Under the pieces are notes generated by a model. It was not told the DNA's origin. It saw only the letters and a list, made by a program, of their open reading frames with translations, and ran no database searches. From Chlorokybus atmophyticus (Eukaryota > Plantae > Mesostigma and Chlorokybus algae), in contig RHPI01003178.1 in NCBI GenBank assembly GCA_009103225.1, positions 1 through 10,121 of the forward strand: a DNA stretch of 10,121 nucleotides. Reading direction: 5' to 3'. This document shows, one piece after another, positions 8,592 through 10,121 of this stretch; position 1 is the stretch's first letter, and every line of letters begins with the position of its first letter. Both the position numbers and the translations under genes were made by a program.

Positions 8592-10121
8592 NAAATACGA
8601 ATACAAATATGACATGACACATGGCATGCACAAACTCATTACACCACATTCGCCATGCCATTAGATACAATCCCACCGCACTATATGCCATCTCATTGCT
8701 ACAACGCTACGGTATGTAGCTACTCACCAAGCACGACACTACTTGTTCGTGTATAAATATGCCTATGGTGCGTGTGCTTGCTGCTGCATGCGACTGTCTC
8801 CCATGCATGCAATAGCATAGGCAGAATAGTAGCATATAGTTCAACCTTCCTGTAAGCACACTCGTTTCAAGCACAACCTCGAACCAACCACATCTCTTAC
8901 GGGAATTGATGTGCAAGAGGCAAACTACTCCCCCATTTAAGCACTATCACACTCGGTAAGCACCCTGCATAGCTGCCTTCAGTGTGTACAATAAGGGTAA
9001 ATGTGACGGTGCTCGTGCCTTGTCACCTGTGAGTTGGTCCAATCAACCCTCTCACCAAGACACGGTATTCACACCGGAACCTTGCCCACTCTGCCAAGCA
9101 CACACGCGCGCCCCGCCACTCGCGTATGCACGCGCATGCGCTCAAAGCTACACACCGACTTGTGTAGCGCCTTGGATCGTCACACAAGCAGGCACACACC
9201 GGTAGACACACGCTAGCAACTCCTGCTAACCACCACCAGGCTTGCACAAAAGAAACTAGGGAGCTAAAGGTTGTATTGCAAACTGTAGAATGTCACTTTC
9301 ATACCTACCAGTCTGCACATGCTACTGTCTAGACGATTCAAGCGCTAGACGGAATTAAGAGCTAAGATATTCTTGTAGAATCTTGTATAACACTTTTAGA
9401 CCTTTCCGACGCACCAAAGATCTCCTCATTTGCTGCTCATATGGTCAAGTTATACTACTTGGCGCCAGGCCCTTCCGAAAATCTGGTCGAGCCCTTCTCG
9501 ACTGGCCCTCCGTTTTCTGGCCCTGGGCCGGTCGATATCTGCGGCAGACTCGCCGATATCCGCCACAAGTCATGAAATACATGATACCTCACAACTAGTA
9601 TTTGAATGGCCATGAAAATCACGAAATTTGGCCTTGACTGTTACAGTAAATGTGTTGAAATGCATTACTTTACGCGTATCAGTGTGTACACTCAACTGGA
9701 TACATACATGTAGGAGAATACAATGGCCAGGTTGGCACCCTTAGAACATATCATGGTTGCGCAAGTGAGTAAGGCATTGCTCAGCTGTTCAAGTTAGTGA
9801 CAATTTGCGAGCACGCGGCTGCGGTGTATAGCAGAGGTGCTCATTTTCTCATACTGGGCGTGAAGAGCACAACAAGTTGGTGCACAGCTACATACACATG
9901 GTCAAGATCAATGAAGGCACACATAAAGCAGGATGGTGTTACCATACAGTGTCAGAGTCTCGAGGCTTTTCAAGAGTTGGAGCAAATGGTGAAGTTAACC
10001 GATTCATGTCACGTCAGCTATCCGGCTCTGCACCACCCACATGGCGCCTGCAGTGCGTGCCGTTCACGGCACAAGCAGTCAACTTCTTCGGCGCAGACGG
10101 CACAACCAGGCTGTGCCGTCG

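Overview
Eukaryotic chromosome end. A perfect (CCCTAA)n telomere (1-83) is followed by about 10 kb of subtelomere that is mostly decayed coding sequence, transposon relics and microsatellites, with a 918-nt assembly gap (2413-3330). No intact gene is confidently present. By manual translation, the sequence next to the telomere (about 84-2260, minus strand, reading toward the telomere) looks like a degenerate RecQ-family SF2 helicase: acidic region, helicase motifs, then an RQC-like CxxCxxC zinc module. A diverged, deletion-riddled second copy lies in inverted orientation at about 6040-6770. Synonymous differences between the two copies fix the ancestral frame and reveal a DEAH box. Between the copies are a degenerate CRE/SLACS-like non-LTR reverse transcriptase (about 3510-4210), a GC-rich block with variant telomere hexamers, and an orphan coiled-coil exon. 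Further in are a tRNA-like A/B-box element before a long (AG)n tract, a probable Tc1/mariner relic, and (CA)n and (TG)n tracts. The TTAGGG telomere and TG/CA-rich intron-like DNA fit a protist, alga or fungus (a choanoflagellate is one guess), but the organism cannot be determined. All protein-family calls come from by-eye motif matching across stops and frameshifts and need HMM confirmation.
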